From contig CAXXYE010000009.1 in assembly GCA_963674865.2 (NCBI GenBank), positions 960,001 through 1,024,000 on the forward strand: a stretch of DNA of 64,000 bases, given 5' to 3'. Each line of letters begins with the position of its first letter. Position 1 is the stretch's first letter. The position numbers were made by a program, and so were the translations under genes. The notes under the pieces are model-generated. The model had not been told where the DNA came from. It ran no database searches and saw nothing but the letters and a program-made list of their open reading frames with translations. This DNA comes from Candidatus Hydrogenedentota bacterium. Lineage in GTDB: Bacteria; Hydrogenedentota; Hydrogenedentia; Hydrogenedentales; SLHB01. Below, one piece after another: positions 1-10,469 of the stretch.

Positions 1-142
1 TGCAAGGGCGGCGCCCCACGCGGTGGAATCCACGAGCGCGGGCCGGGGTGCTTGTCCCAGGCGTGTTTCTTGGCGAGTGCCTACCAAATCGCTGCACCTC
101 CACTGGACATCAGGAATACATGGTTCGCTAAGAGTCGCTCAA

Positions 143-1276
143 TCAGGGCTTTTCGCCCTCAAGGTCCATCTTGAGCGATAGAAAAGCGAGAAGATCCTTG
201 AGCGTTACCAGGCCGACGAGCCGGCCGCCATCTACGACGAGGAGGCGGCTGTTTCCCGTCCGGTTCATAGAGGAGAGGGCCTTCATGGCGTCCTCATCCG
301 GCCGGACGCTGTTCGCCGTCGAGCACTCCCCCATCAGTTCGCCAACCGTCACAATGGGCCAATCCTCGCGAGGGACCTCCTTGATCTCCCGCGTGCTGAC
401 GCAGCCCATCAGCCTATCGTGCACCACCACCGGATACATTTTGTAATGGTATCGGTAGACGTAATCCTCGACGAGTTCGCGAATGGTGATGCCCGGGCCT
501 ACCGTGACTAAGTCCGTCTGCATGAACCGGCTGACGGACTCGCCCTCGAGCGCGCGCCGTACCAAGAGATGCTTGTATGACATTTGAGAGGCCGTGCGCA
601 TGAACATGCCGATCATGAACCACCAGAGTCCGCCAATAACGTCTCTTCCGAAGAGGGAGAGAACGCCGAGGATGATGAGGGCGAGGCCGAAGCCCGAACC
701 GATCTGCGAGGCGATGTGGGTGGCCCAGCGCACGTTGCCACGCCAGGCCCACAGCCCCGCCCGCAGGACGCGCCCGCCGTCGAGGGGAAACGCGGGCAGC
801 ATGTTGAAGATCGCGAGGACGCCGTTCAGCCAGGCCAGATACCGGAGGACGGTGAAGAGGGGCGTCCCGTCGCCTGCGGGCACCGTCTTGACGATGCCGT
901 ATAGCAGTCCCGCGAGCAGTACGCTGGTGGCCGGCCCCGCCACGGCCATGAGAAACTCCGCGCCCGCCGTGTGAGGTTCGTCCTCCATGTCGGCGACGCC
1001 GCCGAAGATGAAGAGGGTGATGTCCTTAATGCGGATCCCGAGCGCCCGGGCAACAAGCGAATGCCCGAGTTCATGAAGGATGATGGAGGCGAAGAGGCCC
1101 ACGGCCCCCACGACGCCCATCCACCAGTAGGTAGCCTCCGGAAGATCAGGTGCCCGGCCTGGAAAAACGTTTGCGGCGAGCGTCCACGTCACCAGAACCG
1201 CGAGAAAGAGCCAACTGGCATCGACCCTTACCGCGAATCCGAAAAGCTGAAACACAGTAATCCGTCTTGTGAACAT
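143..1276 (-). CDS. Site-2 protease (M50 zinc metalloprotease) with C-terminal CBS pair
   Basis: HELGH and FNMLPAFPLDGGR motifs, several TM segments, two CBS repeats. Start moved to ATG 1276 (MFTRR), which follows a GAGGGAG RBS. Confidence 0.9.
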   Translation of the reverse strand: MFTRRITVFQLFGFAVRVDASWLFLAVLVTWTLAANVFPGRAPDLPEATYWWMGVVGAVGLFASIILHELGHSLVARALGIRIKDITLFIFGGVADMEDEPHTAGAEFLMAVAGPATSVLLAGLLYGIVKTVPAGDGTPLFTVLRYLAWLNGVLAIFNMLPAFPLDGGRVLRAGLWAWRGNVRWATHIASQIGSGFGLALIILGVLSLFGRDVIGGLWWFMIGMFMRTASQMSYKHLLVRRALEGESVSRFMQTDLVTVGPGITIRELVEDYVYRYHYKMYPVVVHDRLMGCVSTREIKEVPREDWPIVTVGELMGECSTANSVRPDEDAMKALSSMNRTGNSRLLVVDGGRLVGLVTLKDLLAFLSLKMDLEGEKP

Positions 1277-1411
1277 CCGGTGTTCTCCCTCAGCATCCCC
1301 GCCTACGGGGATGCGAGAAGTATGCCTCCCGCGCTGGGTGCTTGCAAGGAAGGGGCGGGAGCCCCTCACACAAAGGGCGTCGGCATCGGGCGCCATCTCC
1401 AAAGGCAAGTC

Positions 1412-3802
1412 TCATAGATTCACCTTTCGTAGGCGGAGTGAATTGCCGATGACGGAGACGGAGCTGAAACTCATCGCCGCTGCCGCAATCATGGGACTGA
1501 GCAACAGCCCGAAGAAGGGATATAGCACGCCTGCGGCGATGGGAACGCCGAGCCCGTTGTAGAGGAACGCGAAGAACAGGTTCCGGCGGATCGTGCGCAT
1601 GGTAGCGTGGCTCAGGCGCCGCGCGCGGGAAATGGCGCGCAGATCGCCCCTGATAAGTGTGATCCCGGCGCTTTCCACGGCAATGTCCGTTCCGGAGCCC
1701 ATGGCGATGCCTACGTGCGCCGCGGCGAGGGCGGGAGCGTCATTGACGCCGTCGCCGGCCATGGCCACGACGTGGCCTTCTTCGCGGAGACGCCTCACGG
1801 CGTCATGCTTGTGTTCGGGCAGGACATCCGCCTCGACATGTTCAATCCCAAGCTGTGCCGCGACGGCCTCGGCGGTACGCTCATTATCTCCGGTAAGCAT
1901 GTGAATCGTGACACCATCAGCCCTGAGTAGATCGAGTGCCTCCGGCGTCGTTTTCCTGATGGGATCGGCGACGCCCAGGAGCCCGGCGAGGCGGCCATCA
2001 ACGGCGATGAAAACCACCGTCTGTCCCTTGTCGCGCATCTCGGCGGCCTCATTGGCAATCACACGGCGCTCAATGCTCTGCTCATCAAGAAGCTCGGAGT
2101 TGCCCACGGCGACGCGCCGGCCTTGGACACGGCCGACGACCCCTTTGCCCGCCAGCGAGTCGAAGTCCTCGGCCTCCGCCAACGCAAGACTGCGTTCCTC
2201 CGCCTCGCGCACAATGGCGCTTGCGAGCGGGTGCTCGCTCGCCCGCTCCAGACTTGCGGCAAGAGCGAGGATCTCGTCCTCACGGAATTCGGCGACAGGG
2301 AAAACGGCGGTGACTCGGGGGCTTCCCTCGGTGAGCGTGCCTGTCTTGTCCACGATAATCAGATCGACCCGTTCGAGTGTTTCGAGCGCCTCGGCATTCT
2401 TGATGAGCACCCCCTCGCCGGCGCCGCGCCCGACGCCCACCATGATGGCCATGGGCGTCGCGAGGCCCATGGCACATGGACAGGCGACGATGAGTACGGC
2501 CACGGCGTTGACGAGGGCATAGGCAAACGAAGGGGACGGCCCCAGCCACGCCCAGAGGATGAAGGTGGCGGCTGACACGAGAGCGACGGCAGGTACGAAA
2601 TACGCGGCGACGGTGTCGGCGACGCGCTGGATCGGAGCGCGCGTGCGCTGTGCCTCCTGAACCATGCGGACGATACGGGCGAGGACGGTGTCCCGCCCGA
2701 CGCGCTCGGCGCGCATGACAAGTCCGCCCTGCTGATTGACGGTGCCTCCGGTTACCTGAGCGCCCGCCGTCTTCTGGACGGGCATGGATTCACCGGTGAT
2801 CATTGACTCATCCACCGCACCTCTCCCGTCGATTGCCTCTCCATCGACGGGGACTTTCTCACCAGGACGGATGCGTAGAAGATCGCCCGTCTGGACCTCT
2901 TCGATAGGAACATCTTCCTCCGTGCCATCAGGTTTGATGCGGCGTGCGCGCGCGGGGGCCAACTCAAGGAGGCCGCGAATGGCCCCCGTGGTGCGCTGTC
3001 GTGCGCGGAGTTCGAGAACCTGCCCCAAGAGAACGAGGGCAATGATCACGGTAGCCGACTCGAAATACACGGGAACGTGGCCGTGTGCATCCTGAAACGC
3101 GCTGGGGAAGACTCCGGGCGCGAGCGTGGCGATGATGCTGTAGGCGAATGCCGTGCCCGTGCCGAGGGCGATCAGCGTGAACATATTGAGATTCCACGAG
3201 GCGATAGACGCCCACCCGCGTTTGAAAAAGGGCCAGCCGCCCCATAGAACCACGGGCACGGCAAGAAGCATCTGGAGGTAGTCGAATCCCGGCCGCGGCA
3301 GCCGACGGCTTAAGGCGCCGCCGAGGGCCATGTCGCCCATGGCGAGGGCAAAGAGAGGCGCCGTCAGCGCCAAAGCGGCCCAGAACCGCCGCGTCATCGC
3401 CCTGAGTTCGGGCGCATCGCCGTCGGCATCGCCTCCCTTTGGCTCCAGATCCATGCCGCACCTGGGGCAGGCGCCCGGGCCCATTTGCTCCACCTCAGGA
3501 TGCATGGGACACGTATAGACGCTCGCGCCGGGAACGCCCATGTCTGCCTTGGATGCAAGAGAGACTCGTTGAGCGCCGCCGCTGTTTGCTTCTAGGCCTG
3601 GCCGGTTCAAGTAGTCCTCAGGCGCCGCGCGGAACTTGGCCAGGCAAGCCGGGCAACAGAAGTGATAGGTTGAGCCTTCGCGCTCATAGGCGAGGCCGGG
3701 CCGATCGGTGCGCACACTCATCCCGCACACGGGATCCTTGGCGTGCTCGACCGAATGGCAGCAAGTCTGCTCCTTGGAGCTTCTCGGATCGTTGGTGTTC
3801 AT
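1412..3802 (-). CDS. copA: Cu(I)/Ag-translocating P1B-type ATPase with YHS and CPMHP metal-binding domains
   Basis: [50 protein letters not shown] and MSFSS motifs. Start at ATG 3802 (MNTND); the longer ORF extension overlaps xerD. Confidence 0.92.
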   Translation of the reverse strand: MNTNDPRSSKEQTCCHSVEHAKDPVCGMSVRTDRPGLAYEREGSTYHFCCPACLAKFRAAPEDYLNRPGLEANSGGAQRVSLASKADMGVPGASVYTCPMHPEVEQMGPGACPRCGMDLEPKGGDADGDAPELRAMTRRFWAALALTAPLFALAMGDMALGGALSRRLPRPGFDYLQMLLAVPVVLWGGWPFFKRGWASIASWNLNMFTLIALGTGTAFAYSIIATLAPGVFPSAFQDAHGHVPVYFESATVIIALVLLGQVLELRARQRTTGAIRGLLELAPARARRIKPDGTEEDVPIEEVQTGDLLRIRPGEKVPVDGEAIDGRGAVDESMITGESMPVQKTAGAQVTGGTVNQQGGLVMRAERVGRDTVLARIVRMVQEAQRTRAPIQRVADTVAAYFVPAVALVSAATFILWAWLGPSPSFAYALVNAVAVLIVACPCAMGLATPMAIMVGVGRGAGEGVLIKNAEALETLERVDLIIVDKTGTLTEGSPRVTAVFPVAEFREDEILALAASLERASEHPLASAIVREAEERSLALAEAEDFDSLAGKGVVGRVQGRRVAVGNSELLDEQSIERRVIANEAAEMRDKGQTVVFIAVDGRLAGLLGVADPIRKTTPEALDLLRADGVTIHMLTGDNERTAEAVAAQLGIEHVEADVLPEHKHDAVRRLREEGHVVAMAGDGVNDAPALAAAHVGIAMGSGTDIAVESAGITLIRGDLRAISRARRLSHATMRTIRRNLFFAFLYNGLGVPIAAGVLYPFFGLLLSPMIAAAAMSFSSVSVIGNSLRLRKVNL

Positions 3803-3864
3803 GGCGCTACCTATTAGAAACACGGAGGTCCCGCCCGGTATTCGCTGTGTGCCCCAAGCTGGCT

Positions 3865-4782
3865 TCAGGCCCGGGGATGGAAATCCTTGTGGGCTCGTGT
3901 GAGGCGCTCCACGCTGACGTGCGTGTAGATCTGAGTGGTAGCAATGTCGGCGTGCCCCAGCATCTCCTGAACGGCCCGCAGATCGGCGCCGTGATCCAGC
4001 AGATGGGTGGCGAAGGAGTGGCGGAGCATGTGGGGGGTGACATTCTGTGAGATATTGGCGGCGCGTGCGCAGTGTTTGACGACTTGCCAGACGCTCGTGC
4101 GGCACATGCGTCGGCCGCGTGTGGAAACGAACAACGTATCGCTGCGGGGCGTGTAGCGGGGACGGGCGCTGAGCCAGTCGCGCGCGCGCTCCATGGCCAT
4201 CGCGCCTAAGGGCACGAGGCGCACCTTGGCGCCCTTTCCGCGGACGCGAACGGCGCTCTCCTCGAGGGAGAGATCGCGGATTCGCAAGTGGGCAAGCTCG
4301 GAGATCCGCAGCCCGCACGAATAGAAGAGCTCAAGGATGGCCGCGTCCCTCAGCCCCCGATCCGTCGAGCGATCGGGGGCGCGCAGGAGACGCTCGACCT
4401 CGTCGGACGAAAGCACTCTTGGCAGGCTGTGGATGATTCGGGGCGAATCAAAGCCATCCGCCGGATTCGAGCTGGTGACGCTCTCATCGCGCAGAAACTG
4501 GTGAAAGCGGCGGATGGCGCTCAAATGACGAGCGGTTGAACGCGCGGCAAGGCCCTGCTTGCGGAGGTTGATGAGGTGGTCGAGGATGTCCTCCCTGAGA
4601 ATGTCCCCCGGCGCGGCGACGCCTTTCTCCTGGAGGTGATGCAGATACCGGCGGATATCCGCGGCGTAAGCACTGAGTGTTTTCTCCGCCAGCCCCGACT
4701 CGAACACGGCAGTCTCGATGAAGCGATCCAGGAGGTGATCGAGTGGCCCGTCCGCTCTTGCCTGTGTATCGGGAGACGGCAC
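3865..4782 (-). CDS. xerD: Site-specific tyrosine recombinase XerD
   Basis: [43 protein letters not shown]. Confidence 0.93.
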   Translation of the reverse strand: MPSPDTQARADGPLDHLLDRFIETAVFESGLAEKTLSAYAADIRRYLHHLQEKGVAAPGDILREDILDHLINLRKQGLAARSTARHLSAIRRFHQFLRDESVTSSNPADGFDSPRIIHSLPRVLSSDEVERLLRAPDRSTDRGLRDAAILELFYSCGLRISELAHLRIRDLSLEESAVRVRGKGAKVRLVPLGAMAMERARDWLSARPRYTPRSDTLFVSTRGRRMCRTSVWQVVKHCARAANISQNVTPHMLRHSFATHLLDHGADLRAVQEMLGHADIATTQIYTHVSVERLTRAHKDFHPRA

Positions 4783-4808
4783 GCGTGTCCCCTTCGCCGA
4801 ATGCGCAT

Positions 4809-4846
4809 CAAGAAAACCGCCCCGACGCAGCGCGCCGGGGCGGTTT
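4809..4846 (-). terminator. Intrinsic terminator downstream of the OmpA-family gene
   Basis: Stem AAACCGCCCCG (4814-4824) / CGGGGCGGTTT (4836-4846), followed by a U-rich tail on the minus strand. Confidence 0.75.
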
Positions 4847-4871
4847 AGACTACCTATACGTCGAGTCGCTA

Positions 4872-5537
4872 TCAGTCAACGATGGTGATCTTGAATACGG
4901 CCCGGCGGTTGAGTTTCCGGTTCGCCGGCGTGTCATTCGCTACGGCAGGTTGCGATTCGCCGTAACTGACGGAGGACACGCGCGCCTTATCGATGCCCGC
5001 TTCGACAAGATAGGCCATGACGGCATCAGCGCGGCGCTGGCCAAGGCCCGTATTGTACAAATCGGTACCGATATTGCACGTATGTCCCTCGATCACGACG
5101 GTGTCTTTGGAGTATTTCTTCAGCCAGGCTACGACTTCGTCGGCGGCAACCTTGCCCTCAGGTTTCAGCGTCGACTTGTCGAACTCGAACAAGACATGGC
5201 TGAAAGTGGGGATTTGACGCTCCACCTTGGCTGTCTGAGTCGGGGGAGCCGTCGCCGGAGGGGCCGGAGGCGCAGGCTTCTCATACGGGCCATATACGAC
5301 ACCGCGGTTGCCCCACGCCTCTGCATCGCCGGCGTTGGACGAGGGCGCCGTGGGCCACCACCAGTATCCTGAGCGCGCGGCATCCTTCATGGGTTCCGGA
5401 GTTGCGCCGCTCTGACCCCACCAGGACAGATCGTCCCAGACTTTTCCTCCGCCCGGACATTGCGCCAAAGCGGGAACGCACATACCGACAAGTGCGACCC
5501 CAAGCGCGATAAAAAGCACTTTTCTCATTGTGGTCAT
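4872..5537 (-). CDS. Secreted OmpA/Pal-like peptidoglycan-binding protein with Trp-rich N-terminal region
   Basis: Signal peptide, Pro-rich linker, OmpA_C motifs FEFDKS, IEGHT, YNTGLGQRRADAV, SYGESQP, NRRA. Confidence 0.88.
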   Translation of the reverse strand: MTTMRKVLFIALGVALVGMCVPALAQCPGGGKVWDDLSWWGQSGATPEPMKDAARSGYWWWPTAPSSNAGDAEAWGNRGVVYGPYEKPAPPAPPATAPPTQTAKVERQIPTFSHVLFEFDKSTLKPEGKVAADEVVAWLKKYSKDTVVIEGHTCNIGTDLYNTGLGQRRADAVMAYLVEAGIDKARVSSVSYGESQPAVANDTPANRKLNRRAVFKITIVD

Positions 5538-5609
5538 TTCCTCCTTCTCCGCTATCTTGCCCTGATACGCTAGAATCTACGAAATATGGACCTAAAACCG
5601 CTAAACCCC

Positions 5610-5737
5610 ATTTAACCACAACCCCGACAACGTGTCAAGAAATGCCCTTCAAGAACACAGACGCGCGGATACGGGGACACCGCCATCTTCCTCGTTGTCG
5701 TGTAACATAGTGTACCACATGAATCTACGGCGTGCAA
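5610..5737 (-). promoter_or_regulatory. Two tandem candidate sigma70 promoters for the ompA-like gene
   Basis: TTGCAC-17-TACACT (5737-5709) and TTGACA-17-TTAAAT (5638-5610), both with an extended TG. Confidence 0.5.
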
Positions 5738-6067
5738 GACCCCGGTGGCCGCGTTGCCAATTGCGCCGCGCGTCAAGTGATTGGAGGCGAAAGCACTGGC
5801 GAAACCGACTGCCTCACCAGTTTGGCTCGCAGATCTCAAGAGATGGAGGCCTTTCAAGATACCCGGTGCGCGGCGCGGCCGAGTTGCCCGGCGATGCGGG
5901 AAAACTCCCGTGCCGGTGAGGGTTTACAGCGTTCTCCAACCTTCAGGAGGGGAAGGTATTTGAAATATGAGTAGATTCGCCCACCTCGTGCGCTTACCTC
6001 GATAAACGATGCCGTTGCTGCATGTTGTGCATACCGAACGCCGGCCCAAAGCTCCGGCCCGGACTTG

Positions 6068-7649
6068 TGTCAAGACTCTTTAGAAATGTCACATGTTGGG
6101 ACTCATTAGAAATGTCCTATGCTCGATGGTTGCAGAAGCGAGTTATCCAAGGTCTGTGGTCAGGTGCGTAGCAGCTGTCCCCAGACCGTCATATCCACAT
6201 CCAGCGCGAAGCGCGCGGGCGCATAGCGCTCGTCGAGGATGTGGATATGTGGGTAACTCGCGTGCTCACCTTTCTTTTGCGTTCATGAGAGGTAGGCGTT
6301 GGACGTTGGGCCGCCAGCGCTTGTAGGGCGCGGGGGGAGCGTTCTTCTTCTTGGGCTTGGCGGGGGGCTGGACCTGTTGGACTCGTTGCTGCCCTTCTCG
6401 TTTGTATTGCTTGACCGTGAGCCTGCGGTAGTCAAGGTCCTGGTCTTTGTAGAGCAGCCTGATGCCGCCGTGCAGATGGGTGCGGACCAGAATCCTGTCT
6501 TTGGGCCGGGGCAGAGGACTGTTGTTCTTGAGGATTTGGTAGTAATGATTCCCGAAACGGACGGTCCAGTCGTTTTGGACGACGCGCAGTTCCTCGAAGC
6601 AAAAAATGTCATGCAGCTCAAGGCCTTTGGGTGGAGGACGGTGATAGTCCAGTTCCTCACGGGGCGCAATGGCGAACTTGGCGTTCAGAGCGTCACAAAA
6701 GCTTTCGTAGAGCAGCTTGTCGGCGGTGGCGATGGTGGTGATGCGCCGCAAGGCGAGTTCCTTGACGAACCGGTTCTGGTATGTGCCGTTGGAGCGCTCG
6801 ACGCGGCCTTTGGCTTGAGGCGAAGTCGCGGGGATGATGACGATTCCCAGCTTATAGCAGGCCTCTCCGAATTGAGTCAGCGGCTCGCGCCCCGCCAGTT
6901 GCTCTTCGAGCGTGGGCTCCCGGCCGGTGATGTAGACGTTCTTTCGGTCCGTATACAGCGCCCGAGGAATACCGTATTTCTCGATCCACCGCCACAGAAG
7001 CTGCATGGCGGCCTGCTTCGTTTCTTGCTCGGCCATGAGCGCCAAGGTTTCTCCTGTGGCGTCATCTATCATGTTCATCAGACAAGTTTGGCCTTGGTCC
7101 GGCCCGAACCAGTGGTGGTGACTCCCATCCATCTGCACCAGCTCTCCGAAATGGGCTCGCCGCTCCCTGCGGGAGCGATGCCGGCGCCCGGTGTCTCCCT
7201 TCGCCCAGAGCCCCTGCTCAAGCAGCCAGCGCCGTAACGTCTCGTGGTCGATGCACAGGCCTTCCTCCGCCAGCTTCTCCGCGGCCAGGGTCGGCCCCAA
7301 ATCGTGTTCTCTATAGCGTTCCTGATAGCGCCGAAGGACTTTGTCCCGGAACGCGGCAGGCTTGGCTCGATTAGACGCCCGGCCCCGGTTGCGATGCACC
7401 AACCCCTCATCTCCCTCTGACACGAAGCGTGCGTGTATCCGCAGCGCCTGCCGGTAGCTCACTTCCATGCGCCGCGCCGCTTCCGCCAGGGTCATATGCT
7501 TTCCCACAACAAGCTCCAACAACGACTTACGCATCAATTCCTTGCGACTCATCTTCAAATGCCCTTCCACGGCAGCCCTCCAAGTGAAAGGCTCCAATTG
7601 TGACATTTCTAATGAGTCGAGGGGGTGACACTATCAAAGAGTCGCGACA
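6068..7649 (-). mobile_element. Complete IS1202-family (ISNCY/IS481-related) insertion sequence, 1582 bp
   Basis: TGT...ACA ends. IRs TGTCAAGACTCTTTAGAAATGTCAC and TGTCGCGACTCTTTGATAGTGTCAC, each with a second internal copy of GACTCATTAGAAATGTC. Exact 17-bp direct repeat GCTCCGGCCCGGACTTG at 6051-6067 and 7650-7666. Confidence 0.92.
6266..7570 (-). CDS. DDE (rve-type) transposase of the IS1202-like element
   Basis: N-terminal HTH, LVQMDGSHHHW, IDDATG, LYTDR, SPQAKGRVER. Likely GTG start at 7570 (MEGHLKMSRKE) after a GGAGGG RBS. Confidence 0.92.
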   Translation of the reverse strand: MEGHLKMSRKELMRKSLLELVVGKHMTLAEAARRMEVSYRQALRIHARFVSEGDEGLVHRNRGRASNRAKPAAFRDKVLRRYQERYREHDLGPTLAAEKLAEEGLCIDHETLRRWLLEQGLWAKGDTGRRHRSRRERRAHFGELVQMDGSHHHWFGPDQGQTCLMNMIDDATGETLALMAEQETKQAAMQLLWRWIEKYGIPRALYTDRKNVYITGREPTLEEQLAGREPLTQFGEACYKLGIVIIPATSPQAKGRVERSNGTYQNRFVKELALRRITTIATADKLLYESFCDALNAKFAIAPREELDYHRPPPKGLELHDIFCFEELRVVQNDWTVRFGNHYYQILKNNSPLPRPKDRILVRTHLHGGIRLLYKDQDLDYRRLTVKQYKREGQQRVQQVQPPAKPKKKNAPPAPYKRWRPNVQRLPLMNAKER

Positions 7650-7666
7650 GCTCCGGCCCGGACTTG

Positions 7667-7695
7667 TTGCCTGGCCTCTGGCCCGCTGCTATAAT
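7667..7695 (+). promoter_or_regulatory. sigma70 promoter of the radical SAM gene
   Basis: TTGCCT (7667)-17 bp-TATAAT (7690) with an extended TG. Confidence 0.65.
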
Positions 7696-7734
7696 CGCAA
7701 CGATGCCCTGTCTTACCGGAGAAGTGAGCCCGAT

Positions 7735-9030
7735 ATGACGACACAAGAAGCACCGCCGATCGGCCCGGCGCAGCCGCCCCGTTTCAAGAAGACGAAGAAA
7801 CGCGTCCTCTCCAAGCGGGCCGTCATGTGGCTTGGCCAAACGTGCAACCAGCGCTGCTTCTTCTGCTATTTCGTCGGCCGGATCATGGATAAGGACCACC
7901 CCGAGCACCCCTTCATGAGTCTGGACAAGGCGAAGGATATCTGCCGCACTCTGCGCGAGGTCTATGACAATACGGCCATCGACATTCAGGGCGGCGAGCC
8001 CACCATCTATCCCGAGATCTGCGAACTCGTCCAGTATTGCCATGACATCGGCCTCTATCCCACGCTGATCACGAATGGACTTGTGCTCGACAAGCGCGAC
8101 GCGCTCGTCAAGTACAAGGAAGCGTGCCTGCGCGATTTCCTGGTGAGTCTTCACGGCCTGCGCGAGATCCACGATGAGGTGGTCGGACACAAGGGCGCCT
8201 ACGCCAAGATCACCAGCGCCATCGAGGGCATGCGCGACGTGGGCATTCCCTTCCGCTTCAACTGCACCATGTCGGCGCCCGTTGTTCCGCTGCTCCCCGA
8301 AATCGCCCAAAAAGCGATCGACTACGGCGCCGAGGCCGTCAACTACATCGCTTTTAATCCCTTTGGCGATCAACTTACCGGGCGTCGCACCGACAGGAGT
8401 GTGCCCCGCTACGGCGACGTGCGCGAGAAGCTTACGGAGGCCCTCGACCTGCTCGAAGCCAACGGCATTGAATCAAACGTCCGTTACATCCCCTTCTGCA
8501 TGGGCGAAGAGCGTCATCGGAAGCATTTTTACAACTTCCAGCAGCTCTCCTATGACACCCATGAGTGGGATTACCAGAGCTGGCTCTGGACGATGATGCA
8601 GCCCCAGATGATGCGCGACGGCGGGCTTGTGCCGCCGTTCCTGCTCGGGCCCTTTGCGAGCCGGTTGTATTGCGGCAATCCGAACCTCGTCCGCGACTGG
8701 AGCGCGCGGCATCCCATGCTCAGTAGGCTCCTCTTTGGCATTCAGCACCGCCTCGCCCGCGCCGCGCAGGCCATGCGGGGCAAGGAGGCCCTCTACCGCG
8801 CGGAGGCGCGCCGCCGCGTCATCGAGGACTGCAAGTACCGGTATCACGACGCCTGTGCCCAATGCGCCATGCGCCATATCTGCGACGGGTTTCATGGCGA
8901 TTACGCCGAGTTCTTCGGCACGGACGAGGCCAAGCCCATCACCGATGCGCCCCTCACGGAAGACCCCCTCTTCTACATCCAGCATCAGGAGAAGATCGTC
9001 GAGCCGGAAGACGAAGCCTGGGCGCTGTAG
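7735..9030 (+). CDS. Radical SAM enzyme with C-terminal Cys cluster (SPASM-like)
   Basis: CNQRCFFC, GGEPT, ITNG, and C-terminal CKY..CAQCAMRHICDG. Start at ATG 7735 (MTTQE); the upstream extension lies in the IS end. Confidence 0.88.
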   Translation: MTTQEAPPIGPAQPPRFKKTKKRVLSKRAVMWLGQTCNQRCFFCYFVGRIMDKDHPEHPFMSLDKAKDICRTLREVYDNTAIDIQGGEPTIYPEICELVQYCHDIGLYPTLITNGLVLDKRDALVKYKEACLRDFLVSLHGLREIHDEVVGHKGAYAKITSAIEGMRDVGIPFRFNCTMSAPVVPLLPEIAQKAIDYGAEAVNYIAFNPFGDQLTGRRTDRSVPRYGDVREKLTEALDLLEANGIESNVRYIPFCMGEERHRKHFYNFQQLSYDTHEWDYQSWLWTMMQPQMMRDGGLVPPFLLGPFASRLYCGNPNLVRDWSARHPMLSRLLFGIQHRLARAAQAMRGKEALYRAEARRRVIEDCKYRYHDACAQCAMRHICDGFHGDYAEFFGTDEAKPITDAPLTEDPLFYIQHQEKIVEPEDEAWAL

Positions 9031-9044
9031 TCTGCGACGCCCTG

Positions 9045-10424
9045 TCAGATGAACGCGTCGCTCCCCTCCTCGACGATCCAGTCCACCGTGTCCCCCAGTG
9101 TCGCGATCTCCTTCGCGGCGCGTTTGTGCAGGGCCGCAACTAAACTCGATGCGGCCTGTACGACCCGCTCTCCCGCATCCTCGCTCAGATAGCTGCTGCG
9201 GGTTGTGCAGACTTCGTATCCGCCGCCTTCAAAGGCCGCCTGGCCGCAAATGTATCCGGCATAGCCGTTGGCCAGTTCGACGCAGCAGGTGTGGGGGAGA
9301 GGAGATGTGCTGCTTACGGCGGCGGCGAACTCTTGGAACAGTTCACCCGGCACGCCCCAGAACACGGCATCGCCCACACGCATCGCCATGATCTCCAACT
9401 TGCGGCTGGCGTTCTCGCGCCGCATTGCGGCCACTGCCCGGCTTTCCCTCGCGAGTAGCCGCGTCTCATCACTAGGCGTGAAGGCGTTGCCGCCCAGCAA
9501 TTCCCGTGCTGTTCGCTTCGGACGTCCCGTTGGCGGGCGAATGGGAACTTGGATGTTCTTCGTTGCCGTGTCCACCGAAGCCCCCGCGTAGTAATCCGCA
9601 ACCGCCAGCGCGTTAATGGCGGCGCCGCCCACCGCCTGCCCCGTCCTGCGGCACCAGTACAAGCCGACTTCCTCGGGCCGCTCGATTGTGTTCGCCACCT
9701 GCGTAACATCGCCGCACGCGCCATTGAGAAACACCACGCCGAAGTCCGGCCCATAGACGCCGCGTAGCGTTTCCACCACCCATTTCGGATAGTCGGCGGA
9801 GTAATAGAGTCCATTCATGTGCGTGGCGTGGCATGCAAAGTGGACGACGCAGCCAAAGGGCTCGCGCGATCCCGGTGCACGGAAGGCCAATACCGTTACC
9901 GTGGGATCTTGCGGCCCTGCGGCCTCGATCACATCCTGGTTCATCTTGCCCGGATGCGTGCGCTGGCTCCCATCGCGCATGACGAAGCGCCGGTTGAAGG
10001 CCACACCTTCCGCCAGGCCCGTCGATCGCCCCACGAGCGCCGGGCGGCGCAGCCGGTGTGCCTCGGAAACGGCCGTCGCGATCTGCTCCGCCAGGAACCG
10101 CACGTAGTCGGAATCCGCCTTCGATGCGAGCGCATCGAAAACCGGGCCGCCGGAATGCGTATGAGTTGCCGCGATGAGGCAGTTCTTCCCCCGAATGCCG
10201 CACAAAGCCTGCGCTTGCTTGCGCGCCGCCGCCACTACCTCGTCCGGTACGACGATGGCATCCGTCTGAACCAGCGCGGCACATCGCGTGCCGTCATCAA
10301 TGACAACGGCGCGGGCGAAGAGGTCATCCTTCACTCCGAGGGCCACCCGCCGCTGGAGCAGGCCGGGAATCTCCTTGCCCGACGGCGGTGTAATACAGAC
10401 GCTCGCGAATCCTGTGTGAATCAA
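9045..10424 (-). CDS. Neutral/alkaline ceramidase-like amidohydrolase
   Basis: ATHTHSGP, FNRR, HFACHAT, SADYP, NGACGD, PGELF, NGYAGY, GGYE. Confidence 0.78.
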   Translation of the reverse strand: MIHTGFASVCITPPSGKEIPGLLQRRVALGVKDDLFARAVVIDDGTRCAALVQTDAIVVPDEVVAAARKQAQALCGIRGKNCLIAATHTHSGGPVFDALASKADSDYVRFLAEQIATAVSEAHRLRRPALVGRSTGLAEGVAFNRRFVMRDGSQRTHPGKMNQDVIEAAGPQDPTVTVLAFRAPGSREPFGCVVHFACHATHMNGLYYSADYPKWVVETLRGVYGPDFGVVFLNGACGDVTQVANTIERPEEVGLYWCRRTGQAVGGAAINALAVADYYAGASVDTATKNIQVPIRPPTGRPKRTARELLGGNAFTPSDETRLLARESRAVAAMRRENASRKLEIMAMRVGDAVFWGVPGELFQEFAAAVSSTSPLPHTCCVELANGYAGYICGQAAFEGGGYEVCTTRSSYLSEDAGERVVQAASSLVAALHKRAAKEIATLGDTVDWIVEEGSDAFI

Positions 10425-10469
10425 GAACGGCCCCTTCTGTTGCCCGGAAACTGTTGCACGCCACGCGCG

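Noticed and set aside
3803..4318. Extended CopA N-terminus, suggesting a xerD-copA overlap
   Set aside because: Out-of-frame shadow of xerD; domain content starts after ATG 3802.
3865..4782. Prophage or ICE integrase
   Set aside because: Size and motifs match chromosomal XerD; no phage or conjugation genes nearby.
5600..6067. dif/xrs-like site targeted by the IS1202-type element, prompted by the nearby xerD
   Set aside because: Only partial XerD-arm look-alikes (ATTTAACCACA at 5610, GTGTAACATAG at 5700), with no XerC arm, 350 bp or more from the insertion, and overlapping promoter elements.
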